Positions 1 to 9,135 of a DNA stretch of 64,000 nt are shown here, piece by piece; the first letter of the stretch is position 1, and the number at the start of each line of letters is the position of its first letter. The translations under genes and the position numbers were made by a program. This DNA is from a bacterium (GTDB lineage Bacteria; SAR324; NAC60-12). The DNA lies in the NCBI GenBank assembly GCA_965209155.1, contig OZ242383.1:3616001-3680000 (forward strand). Direction: 5' to 3'. The notes beneath the pieces were generated by a model, which saw only the letters and a list, made by a program, of their open reading frames with translations, made no database searches and was not told the DNA's origin.

Positions 1-1048
1 GCGCTGCAACCATCAAATACATCAGTAAGGGGTTATTGTCCTTCATAATCAGCAGTATTGCATAACACAATGCATAGCCGGTCCCGCTCAAGGTCCACCC
101 CCATTCGCGACCGAGACGGTCCGACATGTGTCCAACGCCAATTTGTCCGAAAATTCCCAGGAAGGGTGCCAGTCCCAAGGCAAAAGCTGCCTGGCCTGCA
201 GAAAAACCAAGATCGATGAGATGCCGTGTCTGGTGCACCTGGACGGCATACCACGCAAAGAGAATTGAGAAGAATGCCATAAAAATCCACCAGAAACGCA
301 TGGTTCTCAGCGCCTTTGCCAATGTCCAATCGATCGCCACCCATCGCGCATCGACCACGTTGGAGGAACGGGACGATTTCTGTTTCTTTTCGTCGTCAGG
401 CGGGTCCCCATCCGGGAGTAATCCCAATTCTTGCGGGCGTTGTCGCTGCAGTAGTAGATTGAGTGGCAGCAGGACGACAAGCAAGACAATCGCCATCGCC
501 CAACAAGCCTCACGCCAACCCGATTCGTCGATTAAATTTTGGAGCCAGGGAAGTAGTACTATCGATCCCACCCCAACTCCCGAAAAGGCAATGCCCACGG
601 CAAGACCGCGTTTCCTGACAAACCAGTTGGGAAGGAACATACCATGACCGATGTATGTCATGGAGATGCTGCCTCCCACCACCAATACGCCGAACGTTAA
701 ATAGAGTTGCCAGGGCGTGTGGACGTTGGTTGCCAAGATGAGACCCGTACTGACCAATATCACTCCGCTCGCAATGACAACTCGTGCTCCCCAGCGGTCC
801 ATCAAACTCCCGATGAAGGGAGAGTAGAAAAGAGCAGCGATAAAACCGATTGAAAAGGCGCCTGCGGTCACGCCTCGTTCCCAGCCGAATTCCTCGAGAA
901 TCGGTGAATAAAGCAAAGAAAATGCGATGCGATTGCTGACGCCGATGCCCATGCTGATGAAAGCAACCGCCACCACAATCCATCCATAGAAAAAAGGCAG
1001 ACGATTTGTGAATGATGGCCGGGGAGAAGAGGAATCGTGGGCAAACAC
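1..1048 (-). CDS. MFS transporter (OFA-like), runs off the window start
   Basis: Manual translation of the minus strand (absent from the ORF track because it has no stop in the window): RLPFFYGWIVVAVAFISMGIG...GSLMDRWGAR...NWFVRKRGLAVGIAFSGVGVG...GHMSDRLGRE. MFS loop motif in both halves; probable GTG start at 1048. Confidence 0.85.
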   Translation of the reverse strand, partial: MFAHDSSSPRPSFTNRLPFFYGWIVVAVAFISMGIGVSNRIAFSLLYSPILEEFGWERGVTAGAFSIGFIAALFYSPFIGSLMDRWGARVVIASGVILVSTGLILATNVHTPWQLYLTFGVLVVGGSISMTYIGHGMFLPNWFVRKRGLAVGIAFSGVGVGSIVLLPWLQNLIDESGWREACWAMAIVLLVVLLPLNLLLQRQRPQELGLLPDGDPPDDEKKQKSSRSSNVVDARWVAIDWTLAKALRTMRFWWIFMAFFSILFAWYAVQVHQTRHLIDLGFSAGQAAFALGLAPFLGIFGQIGVGHMSDRLGREWGWTLSGTGYALCYAILLIMKDNNPLLMYLMVAA

Positions 1049-1311
1049 GGAGTTTCCATAATGAAATGCTTGGACTGTGCAGAGAGTACACTCGTTAAAA
1101 AGAATTGCCCTTTTCGGGCCTCTTGTCAAGAACAAACCCGGTAAAATTCTTTTCTGGAATACAGTATTGAATCGCATGACGTCAATGACGAGCCAAAATT
1201 GATGGAATTGCATCCGAAATTTTGATAAAAATGAACATTTCTGAAATTTACGAGGTTCATACGATCCTTTTCAAGATGAGCAACAAGAGGCTTTTTTAAA
1301 GAAATCAAATA

Positions 1312-2268
1312 ATGAGCAAATTGATCACGATTTTTGGCATCTACGTTGTGGATATGAACTTTCGTTCCCCAAAAATTCCGGTACCGGGAGAAACCCTTAT
1401 CGGACATTTTTTTTCGGGACCGGGCGGCAAGGGGTCCAACCAGGCAATCGCTGCCAGCCGGGCAGGAGGTGAGGTGACGTTCATTGCGAAAATCGGAGCG
1501 GATCTCTATGGAGACGAGGGTTTGCAATGTTATCATAAAGAGGGGGTGCAAACGGATTTGATCATTCGCGATGAAAAACAGTCCACCGGAGTAGCCGCCG
1601 TCATGCTCGAGGAAAATACTGGCCGCAATGCAATTGTCGTCTGCCCGGCTGCCGCTTCAACTTTCACGGTGGATGAAATCTTGCAGGTCGAATCCCGCAT
1701 TCAAAATTCCTCATTTTTCATGACGCAGTTGGAAACGCCTTTGGATGCCACCTTCAAAGCATTGGAAATCGCCAGTAAACACCAGGCGTCGGTCATTCTC
1801 AATCCTGCTCCTGCCCGGGAACTACCGGGATCGATTTATCCCCTCTGTGATTATTTCACTCCCAATGAAATCGAAGCCTCTGCTTTGACAGGGATTTCCG
1901 TAGAAAGCGTTGCCGATGCCGAAAAAGCCGCAGATATTTTCTTGGAGCGAGGAGTGAGAAACGTGATCATCACTTTCGGAGAGAAAGGTGTTGTTGTCAA
2001 AAATGCAACCTTATTCAAACATATGCCAGCCATCACCCTGCAAGACCCGGTGGTCGACACCACCGGTGCCGGCGACGCCTTCAACGGTAGCTTCGCAGCC
2101 GCTTTGAGTCGAGGAATGGAACTGCTGGAGGCCATTCACTACGCCAACGTGGCAGCTGGTATTTCCGTCACCCGGTACGGCACCGCCCCTTCCACGGCAT
2201 ACCAACATGAAATCGAGCAAGCCCTCGTCTCAGTTTGCCCGGTGCAACGCAACGAGGACCATGGTTAA
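1312..2268 (+). CDS. rbsK: Ribokinase (PfkB family)
   Basis: GGKGSNQAIAASRAG, ILNPAPA, TPNEIEA and DTTGAGDAFNG PfkB signatures. Confidence 0.88.
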   Translation: MSKLITIFGIYVVDMNFRSPKIPVPGETLIGHFFSGPGGKGSNQAIAASRAGGEVTFIAKIGADLYGDEGLQCYHKEGVQTDLIIRDEKQSTGVAAVMLEENTGRNAIVVCPAAASTFTVDEILQVESRIQNSSFFMTQLETPLDATFKALEIASKHQASVILNPAPARELPGSIYPLCDYFTPNEIEASALTGISVESVADAEKAADIFLERGVRNVIITFGEKGVVVKNATLFKHMPAITLQDPVVDTTGAGDAFNGSFAAALSRGMELLEAIHYANVAAGISVTRYGTAPSTAYQHEIEQALVSVCPVQRNEDHG

Positions 2269-2302
2269 AAACAGAAGAGCGAATCTTCGATTTTCAGGTA
2301 CG

Positions 2303-3913
2303 ATGAAAGCCAGTGATTTATTTATTGAATGTTTGGAGGCGGAAGGGGTTGAATACATCTTCGGTGTGCCGGGTGAGGAGAATTTAGACGTATTGAATTC
2401 CCTCAAAGATTCTTCAATCGAGGTCATTTTAACGAGAAATGAACAATCTGCCGTTTTTATGGCAGCCACTTATGGGCGATTTACGGGTAAACCCGGAATT
2501 GCCATTTCGACCTTGGGGCCGGGAGCTACGAATCTCGTCACAGGCGTTGGATATGCGCAGCTGAATGGACTGCCTGTGATCGTCTTGACCGGACAAAAAC
2601 CGATTAAAAAATCCAAACAAGGTGATTTTCAGGTGATTGACGTCGTTAAAATGATGGAACCCATTACTAAAATGGCAGTTCAAATTAAAAATTCTGCGAG
2701 AATCACAACCACGATCAGACAGGCATTCAAGACCGCTATTGCGGAACGACCAGGTGCCGTTCATTTGGAACTTCCCGAAGATATTGCCAGCGAAACGATC
2801 AATGGATACGCGCCAATTGTACAAATGCCCATTCGCAGACCGGTTGTAGAGGGAGTCGCCATTGATTTGCTGGTGACTGAACTGGAGAATTCCCAAAGAC
2901 CGGTTGTTCTGGTTGGGGCAGGCGCAAACAGGAAGAGGGTTTCCAGGTATTTGACGGAATTCGTTACCAAGTACAATATCCCTTTTTTTAATTCACAAAT
3001 GGGAAAGGGGGTCTTGAGTGAAGATCTGGCGCAGTATGTGGGAACAGCCGCACTGTCTGATGGGGATTCCGTTCATAAAGTGATAGAATCCGCAGATTTA
3101 ATTTTGGCGATAGGTCATGATACGATAGAAAAGCCAACCCATTTTGTGACAGAAGGTCAAACCAAGACTGTTCATATCAACTATTACGAAGCCAAAATTG
3201 ACGATGTCTACGCCCCTCATCTCGAACTGGTGGGTGATATCGGGAATACGTTCTGGCAGCTTTGCCAAAAAGACATAAAACATAGTTGGGATCATTCTCG
3301 TATGTTTGCAATCGCAGAAAAAGAATTTCAAAAATCGATTGATAACCTTGCAAAAGAAAAAGACTCTGAAACGCTCATGCCAAGGCGTTTCGTCAAGGAA
3401 CTCAGGCTCGCACTGGCCGAGGAAGATATTCTGGCATTGGATAATGGTTGGTATAAAATCTGGTTAGCCAGAAATTATAAGACTTATCATCCAAATACGA
3501 TCATGTTGGACAATACGTTCGCTACTATGGGTGCCGGTATGCCTAGTGGAATGATAGCGAAATTTTTAAATCCTTCCAGAAAAGTGGTCACGGTGACGGG
3601 AGATGGCGGGTTGGTTATGAATTTGGGCGATATCGAAACCGCCGTGAGAATGAAGGTGGATTTGGTAATTATTATTTTAAACAACAATGCTTACGGAATG
3701 ATAAAAATCAAACAAGCTCAAGCCGGTTTTGATGAGTATTCTTTAGATTTTCCCAACCCGGTTTTTATTCAATTGGCGGAAAGTTTCGGTGCCAAAGGCA
3801 TTAAAGTCGAAAAAGCGGATGAGTTTTATCCTGCATTGAAAAAAGCGTTGCATACCCGGGGAGTGGTGCTGATGGACGTCGCTTTCACCTACCAGGGATC
3901 CGTAGTGGATTGA
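2303..3913 (+). CDS. Acetolactate synthase large subunit (TPP-dependent)
   Basis: MKASDLFIECLEAEGVEYIFGVPGEEN, TLGPGATN, GDGG...NN TPP motif; start taken at MKAS. Confidence 0.9.
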   Translation: MKASDLFIECLEAEGVEYIFGVPGEENLDVLNSLKDSSIEVILTRNEQSAVFMAATYGRFTGKPGIAISTLGPGATNLVTGVGYAQLNGLPVIVLTGQKPIKKSKQGDFQVIDVVKMMEPITKMAVQIKNSARITTTIRQAFKTAIAERPGAVHLELPEDIASETINGYAPIVQMPIRRPVVEGVAIDLLVTELENSQRPVVLVGAGANRKRVSRYLTEFVTKYNIPFFNSQMGKGVLSEDLAQYVGTAALSDGDSVHKVIESADLILAIGHDTIEKPTHFVTEGQTKTVHINYYEAKIDDVYAPHLELVGDIGNTFWQLCQKDIKHSWDHSRMFAIAEKEFQKSIDNLAKEKDSETLMPRRFVKELRLALAEEDILALDNGWYKIWLARNYKTYHPNTIMLDNTFATMGAGMPSGMIAKFLNPSRKVVTVTGDGGLVMNLGDIETAVRMKVDLVIIILNNNAYGMIKIKQAQAGFDEYSLDFPNPVFIQLAESFGAKGIKVEKADEFYPALKKALHTRGVVLMDVAFTYQGSVVD

Positions 3914-3944
3914 TTGAAATAAATCACAATTGTTCTTGTGGTCC

Positions 3945-4371
3945 CCGCTCCAGGGAATCCATTATCAATTCGTTTTCAGGACCGTTTTTTTCACTTAAAA
4001 ATATCCTGATCGCTGACAATTCCATGACTCTTTGCTTTAGCTGACATATGTTCGCGCAAAGAACGAAACTGTCTCAGAAAAATGTGTTACTTAACCGCTT
4101 GACCGAATCGTCATGCCGCTGATCAGCAACCCCAACACCGTACCGGGTACCAGGATCATCACCAGGTGCCCCAGGCGGGTCCTCGGACCAACGGATCATG
4201 GTCACGGAGGGAGCCCAGCCAAACCAGAGGACAGGGTAGATCATCACTAGGATGGCGATAAAGAACTCGGGGGTGGAAATGAAAAAAAAGACGATGGTGC
4301 TGAAAAAAAAGAGGGTGGGGATGATAAGCAGCAATCTCCTGATGATATATCCACGCATGGGGTTCCTCTTA
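3945..4371 (-). pseudogene. Deleted remnants of both ABC permeases (paralogs of 7139..9093), with an RHH/CopG antitoxin-like fragment (~3991..4095) between them
   Basis: ~3945-3990 matches the permease C 3' end (~7116-7165). ~4112-4371 is permease B joining segments ~8500-8675 and ~9019-9105. The intervening minus-strand frame reads LRQFRSLREHMSAKAKSHGIVSDQDIFK. Confidence 0.75.
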
Positions 4372-4400
4372 TAGAATTGGGCGTAGATGTTACGTTGAGA

Positions 4401-4580
4401 TTAAGCCTCGACATCTTTTCTTTCCGCTTTAAAAAGTTCTTCCACATCAAGATGGACATCCAGATTTTCCCATGCAATCATGGTCCCGCGTCCAATAATC
4501 TCAAATTCTTGAAGCTCTTCTAAAGCTGCTTCTCTGAGTTGTTTGACCCAACGAAGAGGTATCGATAAAACCCGTCCATT
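4401..4580 (-). pseudogene. DUF2442-like (antitoxin-associated) protein, 5' truncated
   Basis: GRVLSIPLRW..LREA..EEL.EFEIIGRGTMIAWENLDVHLDVEELF resembles DUF2442; N-terminal strands missing. Confidence 0.6.
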
Positions 4581-4643
4581 GGGCCGCATGAGCGGCCAAA
4601 AAGGCGTTCCCACGGAGACCATGGGAACGATAAAAACAAAGAG

Positions 4644-6374
4644 CTAGTATCCCATTTCCTCCTTCAATTCCTGATCGATCCAGATGCGAGCAAAGACGGG
4701 GCCTTCTCGCATCAATCCCATCGTGATTTCACCATCAAAACCGCCAACGTAGGGATGCCATACTTGAAAATTCGCATGGGGCAGCAGCGCTGTTTGATAA
4801 TGCTGCTCGGTCCAACGCAGGGTGACCGCCTTCATGGCTTTGACAAAGTCCTCATGGCTCTTGGCGTTGATTGCGGCGTCCATCAAAATTTCCAAGGTGG
4901 GATCTTTCAATAAGTTATAGATGCAACAGGAGGTGTTCCTGGGATCGAACTGGAGCGTTGCCCACAAGAGCGGGTCAATATTCACTGCGGCCCAACCGTA
5001 GTGGAGTTCATAACCTGCACGGGTTTCGGAGATCATCGTCCAAAAATCTCCCCACTCCACCTCGATGATCTCGGCCTCGATACCGATCTCACGAAGATAG
5101 CCCGTAGCGATCTGGACGATGTTCCAATCCTGTTCCTGCCGCGCGGCATGGAGGGTAGTCTTGAATCCGTCGGGATAGCCCGCTTCGGCCAGCAGCCGCT
5201 TGGCTCCTTCCGGGTTGTACTCGTAACCTTCCCGGATATGCTTCGGCAACTCACTCAAGGGAGTAAAAAATTCCGCAGCCGATTCTCCCAGGGCCGGGTA
5301 GATGACAGGAGGCACATACCCCTGGTAATATTCCGAGGACATCTCCTCGTAATTCAAGGCCATCTGCATCGCTTTCCGGACCCTCAGGTCGGCCCAGGGA
5401 TGGTTCGGGTCGTCAAACAAATACCCGATGGCCCAGGATTCCAAAACCCAGCTCTTCACCTGAATGTCCGGGTGGGTCTTCTTAAGCTGATTGAATTCCT
5501 CGAGGTTTAGCGCAGCAATGTTGCTTTTGCCGATATGGTCGACCTGACCAGTGCGAATCGCGGCCATACGGGTGGCGGTCTCTTTGATGATCAACCAGCG
5601 GACCTGGTCCAGGAAGGGCAGCTGGTACTGTGGATCCAATTCATAGGTTCCCCAATAGTCCGGATTTTTCTCCCAGGTGACCGAACTGCCTTCTTGATAG
5701 TCTTTGAGCATCCAGGCCCCGGTACCGACTTGTTCTTTCCAATCGGTCAGGTCTCCATGTTCTTTCGGGAAGATTTTGTCCCCATTGGACTGCGTGAGAA
5801 AAATATTTTCGAGATGGATGCTGGGCTCATGCTTGATGACCACCGTGTACTCATCTCTGGCCTCAACCGATTTGATGCCGTAGGGAGCCCATGTTTGTCC
5901 TATCTTGGAAGCTTCCGTGTAACCCGACCCTAAACCCAAGAGCCGGTGAAAGGAGTACACCACGTCTTCCGCCGTCATTTCTCTTCCATTGGTCGGGGGT
6001 CTGTTATGAAAGCGCATCCCTTTGCGCAGGTAAAACACCATGGTTCCCGGATCTTCTATTTCATAACGTTCAGCCGCCCAAGTGGTCCCGCACGCCTTGG
6101 ACGCATAGTCTATCGTCCAGGGACACTCATCCCGGGGTTTGGTCCAGTCGCCAAAACCGAGTTGCTCATAGACGTAACTGGGTTGCGGATTTGGATCAAG
6201 GTGCGGATCCCAACTGACGATGGTATGGCCCACCGTGGTGAACGTCCCTCCATATTGAGGGGTCTTCGTGGCCATCTTCTGGCCCACCGTGAACGTGGGA
6301 AAGATCAACAGGATCAATCCCACGGCGATCAAACCATAAAATCGTTTGAACATGAATCTTTTCAGTACAGACAT
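4644..6374 (-). CDS. ABC transporter substrate-binding protein, family 5 (copy 1)
   Basis: Signal peptide, PQYGGT, FYLRKGMRFHN.PP.NGREMTAEDVVYSF, VGTGAW, D.RVRKAMQMA. Confidence 0.9.
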   Translation of the reverse strand: MSVLKRFMFKRFYGLIAVGLILLIFPTFTVGQKMATKTPQYGGTFTTVGHTIVSWDPHLDPNPQPSYVYEQLGFGDWTKPRDECPWTIDYASKACGTTWAAERYEIEDPGTMVFYLRKGMRFHNRPPTNGREMTAEDVVYSFHRLLGLGSGYTEASKIGQTWAPYGIKSVEARDEYTVVIKHEPSIHLENIFLTQSNGDKIFPKEHGDLTDWKEQVGTGAWMLKDYQEGSSVTWEKNPDYWGTYELDPQYQLPFLDQVRWLIIKETATRMAAIRTGQVDHIGKSNIAALNLEEFNQLKKTHPDIQVKSWVLESWAIGYLFDDPNHPWADLRVRKAMQMALNYEEMSSEYYQGYVPPVIYPALGESAAEFFTPLSELPKHIREGYEYNPEGAKRLLAEAGYPDGFKTTLHAARQEQDWNIVQIATGYLREIGIEAEIIEVEWGDFWTMISETRAGYELHYGWAAVNIDPLLWATLQFDPRNTSCCIYNLLKDPTLEILMDAAINAKSHEDFVKAMKAVTLRWTEQHYQTALLPHANFQVWHPYVGGFDGEITMGLMREGPVFARIWIDQELKEEMGY

Positions 6375-6639
6375 AGCTTACTCCTTAATAAAAAATTGGA
6401 CACTCCTCGTCCTTCACCTTGAAGAATTCGGATAACTCAGGAATTGAATATTCCCAAAAAATTTCCCTTTTATACGGGGAACTGGTTAAATTATCTCTGC
6501 TAAAGTGGGAGGTCAAGAAAAAAGTAATCATTGGGATTGACTATTTTTTCAGAAGATTTTAAAAAATACTGAATTGGAGACCGCCCATCTCCCATTTATG
6601 GAGACGGAGGTTGCCTCACTCAATGATTTGAACATGTTC

Positions 6640-6913
6640 CACATGAACCAGGAGTCAGAAACGTGTCATTCCTGGTTTGACCAGGAATCCAAAGGGATAC
6701 GGGCGATATTTTGGATGCCGGATCATCCAGGTTTGGATCCGGGAACCAGAAAACGAGAATTGAAGTAATGGATTCCGGTTCGGAGGCCGGAAAGACAATT
6801 GAAAAACTCAGGAGTCAGAAACGTGTCATTCCTGGTTTGACCAGGAATCCAGGGGGATCCGGGACGCGTATGACACAACTTTCACGGGCATCAGGAGTAA
6901 AAAGCGTGTCATT
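6640..6913. repeat. REP-like palindrome cluster (TGTCATTCCTGGYTTGACCAGGAATCC family), 160-bp spacing
   Basis: Palindromes at 6664 and 6824 with inverted partner motifs; a third, truncated unit start at 6891-6913. Confidence 0.8.
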
Positions 6914-7109
6914 TGGAACTTCCCGAAGATATTGCCAGCGAGACGATCAGCGGAAAGTTTCGGTGCCAAAGGCATTAAAGTCGAAAAAGCGGATGAGTTT
7001 TATCCTGCATTGAAAAAAGCGTTGCATACCCGGGGAGTGGTGCTGATGGACGTCGCTTTCACCTACCTGGGATCCGTAGTGGATTGATTGAAATAAATCA
7101 CAATTGTTC
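6909..7109 (+). pseudogene. Internally deleted acetolactate synthase remnant
   Basis: 6909-6949 matches 2761-2801 and 6950-7109 matches ~3776-3935 almost exactly. Confidence 0.9.
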
Positions 7110-7138
7110 GTATGCTCCCCGCTCCAGGGAATCCATTA

Positions 7139-8077
7139 TCAATTCGTTTTCAGGACCGGTTTTTTCGCCGAGCCGTAGCCACCGCTTTGACCACGCAAAC
7201 GGGGGTCGAGCAAGTCTCGCATGGCGTCGCCGAAAACGTTGGCGCCATAGACCACCGCGGTCAGGCAAAGGCCGGGAAACCAGGCCAATCGCGGGTATGC
7301 TTCCATGAACATACGGCCTTCCCAACTGAGCATCCGTCCCCAGGACGGGGTTTGGGGTGGCAATCCAAAGCCGAGGAAGCTCAAGGCCGCTTCTCCCAGG
7401 ATCATGCCTCCGATGCTGGTGGTGAAGATGATGAGGATGGGGGCGGTCACATTGGGAAGAATATAGCGAAAAAGCGTTCTCCCGGTAGAACAACCGGCGG
7501 CTTTGGCGGATTCGACATAGGGTATCGCTTTGATGGCAATGACTGCGCTGCGCACCACCCGTGACTGGGTGATGCCGACATAGAGACCCATCAGCAGGAT
7601 GATCTCTAACAAACCCCTGCCAAAAATCGAGACGAAGGTGACCAGGTACAACAATCCCGGAAAGGCATACCAGGCGTCGACAAAGCGCTGGATCACCATG
7701 TCGGACTTGCCGCCAAAATATCCGGAAAGCCCTCCCACTAAAGAGGCAATCACCACCGCGACCAGGCTGCCTCCCAGGCCCACACTGAGTGAGATGCGGG
7801 CTCCGTAGATCAGGCGGCTGTAAAAATCCCGGCCATAACTGTCAGTGCCCAACAGGTATTCCGTCGAAGGCCCTTTCAGTCGTTTGACCAGCCGCTGTTT
7901 GTTGACATCGTGCGTAGCCAGTACCGGAGCCAACAGGGCCACGATGACCATGAACAGCAAAATCACCAGGCCGATCGTCCCCAAGAGTTTCTCCCGGAAC
8001 AGCCGGCTGAAAAAATCCACAACTACCGACCGGGGCTTGTTTTCAAAAGTGGCTTCAGAAGGTGTAAAATCAGTCAT
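7139..8077 (-). CDS. ABC peptide/nickel permease (DppC/OppC-like)
   Basis: LLGTDSYGRD.YSRLIYGARISL, YVESAKAAG (EAA loop), PSWGRML, GDAMRDLLDPRLR. Confidence 0.92.
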   Translation of the reverse strand: MTDFTPSEATFENKPRSVVVDFFSRLFREKLLGTIGLVILLFMVIVALLAPVLATHDVNKQRLVKRLKGPSTEYLLGTDSYGRDFYSRLIYGARISLSVGLGGSLVAVVIASLVGGLSGYFGGKSDMVIQRFVDAWYAFPGLLYLVTFVSIFGRGLLEIILLMGLYVGITQSRVVRSAVIAIKAIPYVESAKAAGCSTGRTLFRYILPNVTAPILIIFTTSIGGMILGEAALSFLGFGLPPQTPSWGRMLSWEGRMFMEAYPRLAWFPGLCLTAVVYGANVFGDAMRDLLDPRLRGQSGGYGSAKKPVLKTN

Positions 8078-8142
8078 TTTATACTTTCTACCTTGTTTGC
8101 TGCTATCAGCCTTGAAAACTGACAACTGTTAACTGAATACAG

Positions 8143-9093
8143 CTACCTGTAACGTATTCGTGGATCGAGCCAGGCGTAGGTGATGTCCACCAGAAAATTC
8201 ACCAGCACCAGGAAGGTGCCCACGATCATGTTGATGCCGGACACTGCGGGATAATCCCGGGAAAAGATGGAATCGATCATCAACGTGCCCAGTCCGGGAA
8301 GGGCGAAAACGGTCTCGATGATCACCGCCCCTCCCACCATCCAGGGTATCTGGGTGCCCACCACGGTGATGACCGGGATCAAGGCGTTTTTGAGGGCATG
8401 GCGCACGACCACCACCCGTTCTCGCAAACCTTTGGCCCAGGCGGTCCGGATGTAGTCCTGCCGGAGCACCTCCAGCATCATGGTACGCATCATCCGCATC
8501 GTCATGCCGCTGATCAACAACCCCAACACCGTGCCGGGTACCAGGATCATCACCAGGTGCCCCAGCGGGTCCTCGGACCAGCGGATCATGGTCACCGAAG
8601 GAGCCCAGCCAAACCAGAGGACAGGGTAGATCATCACCAGGATGGCGATAAAGAACTCGGGGGTGGAAATGAAAAGGATGGAGATGCTGCGAGTGATATA
8701 GTCGCCGGTGGTATCCTGCCGCAAGGCGGAATAGATACCGATGGGCAACCCGAAGAGGAGGGACACCAACAAGGCGACAAAACCGAGTTCCAGGGTCGGG
8801 ATGCTGCGCGGGAATATTTTTTCAGTCACCGGCCTCTGGTTATCCAGGGAGCGCCCAAAATCGCCGTGCAGCAATATGCCGCGTATCCAGCGGATATATT
8901 GTACGTGCATCGGTACGTCCACTCCCAGCTGACGCGCAATCTCCTCCCGGTCGAACGCTGCGGTGCGATACTTGCTCAACATGATGGATACGATATCCCC
9001 AGGGAGAAAACGCACGGCAAAAAAGACGATGGTGCTGAAAAAAAAGAGGGTGGGGATGATAAGCAACAATCTCCTGATGATATATCCACGCAT
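8143..9093 (-). CDS. ABC peptide/nickel permease (DppB/OppB-like)
   Basis: MRGYIIRRLL, GDFGRSL, QDYIRTAWAKGL, HALKNALIPV, LDPRIRY. Confidence 0.92.
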   Translation of the reverse strand: MRGYIIRRLLLIIPTLFFFSTIVFFAVRFLPGDIVSIMLSKYRTAAFDREEIARQLGVDVPMHVQYIRWIRGILLHGDFGRSLDNQRPVTEKIFPRSIPTLELGFVALLVSLLFGLPIGIYSALRQDTTGDYITRSISILFISTPEFFIAILVMIYPVLWFGWAPSVTMIRWSEDPLGHLVMILVPGTVLGLLISGMTMRMMRTMMLEVLRQDYIRTAWAKGLRERVVVVRHALKNALIPVITVVGTQIPWMVGGAVIIETVFALPGLGTLMIDSIFSRDYPAVSGINMIVGTFLVLVNFLVDITYAWLDPRIRYR

Positions 9094-9135
9094 GGGGTTC
9101 CTCTTTTTAATCAAAAATTCTTCAATTTGAATGAG

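Noticed and set aside
6574..7013. Small ORFs of 64 and 100 aa
   Set aside because: They are translations of REP repeats and the ALS remnant
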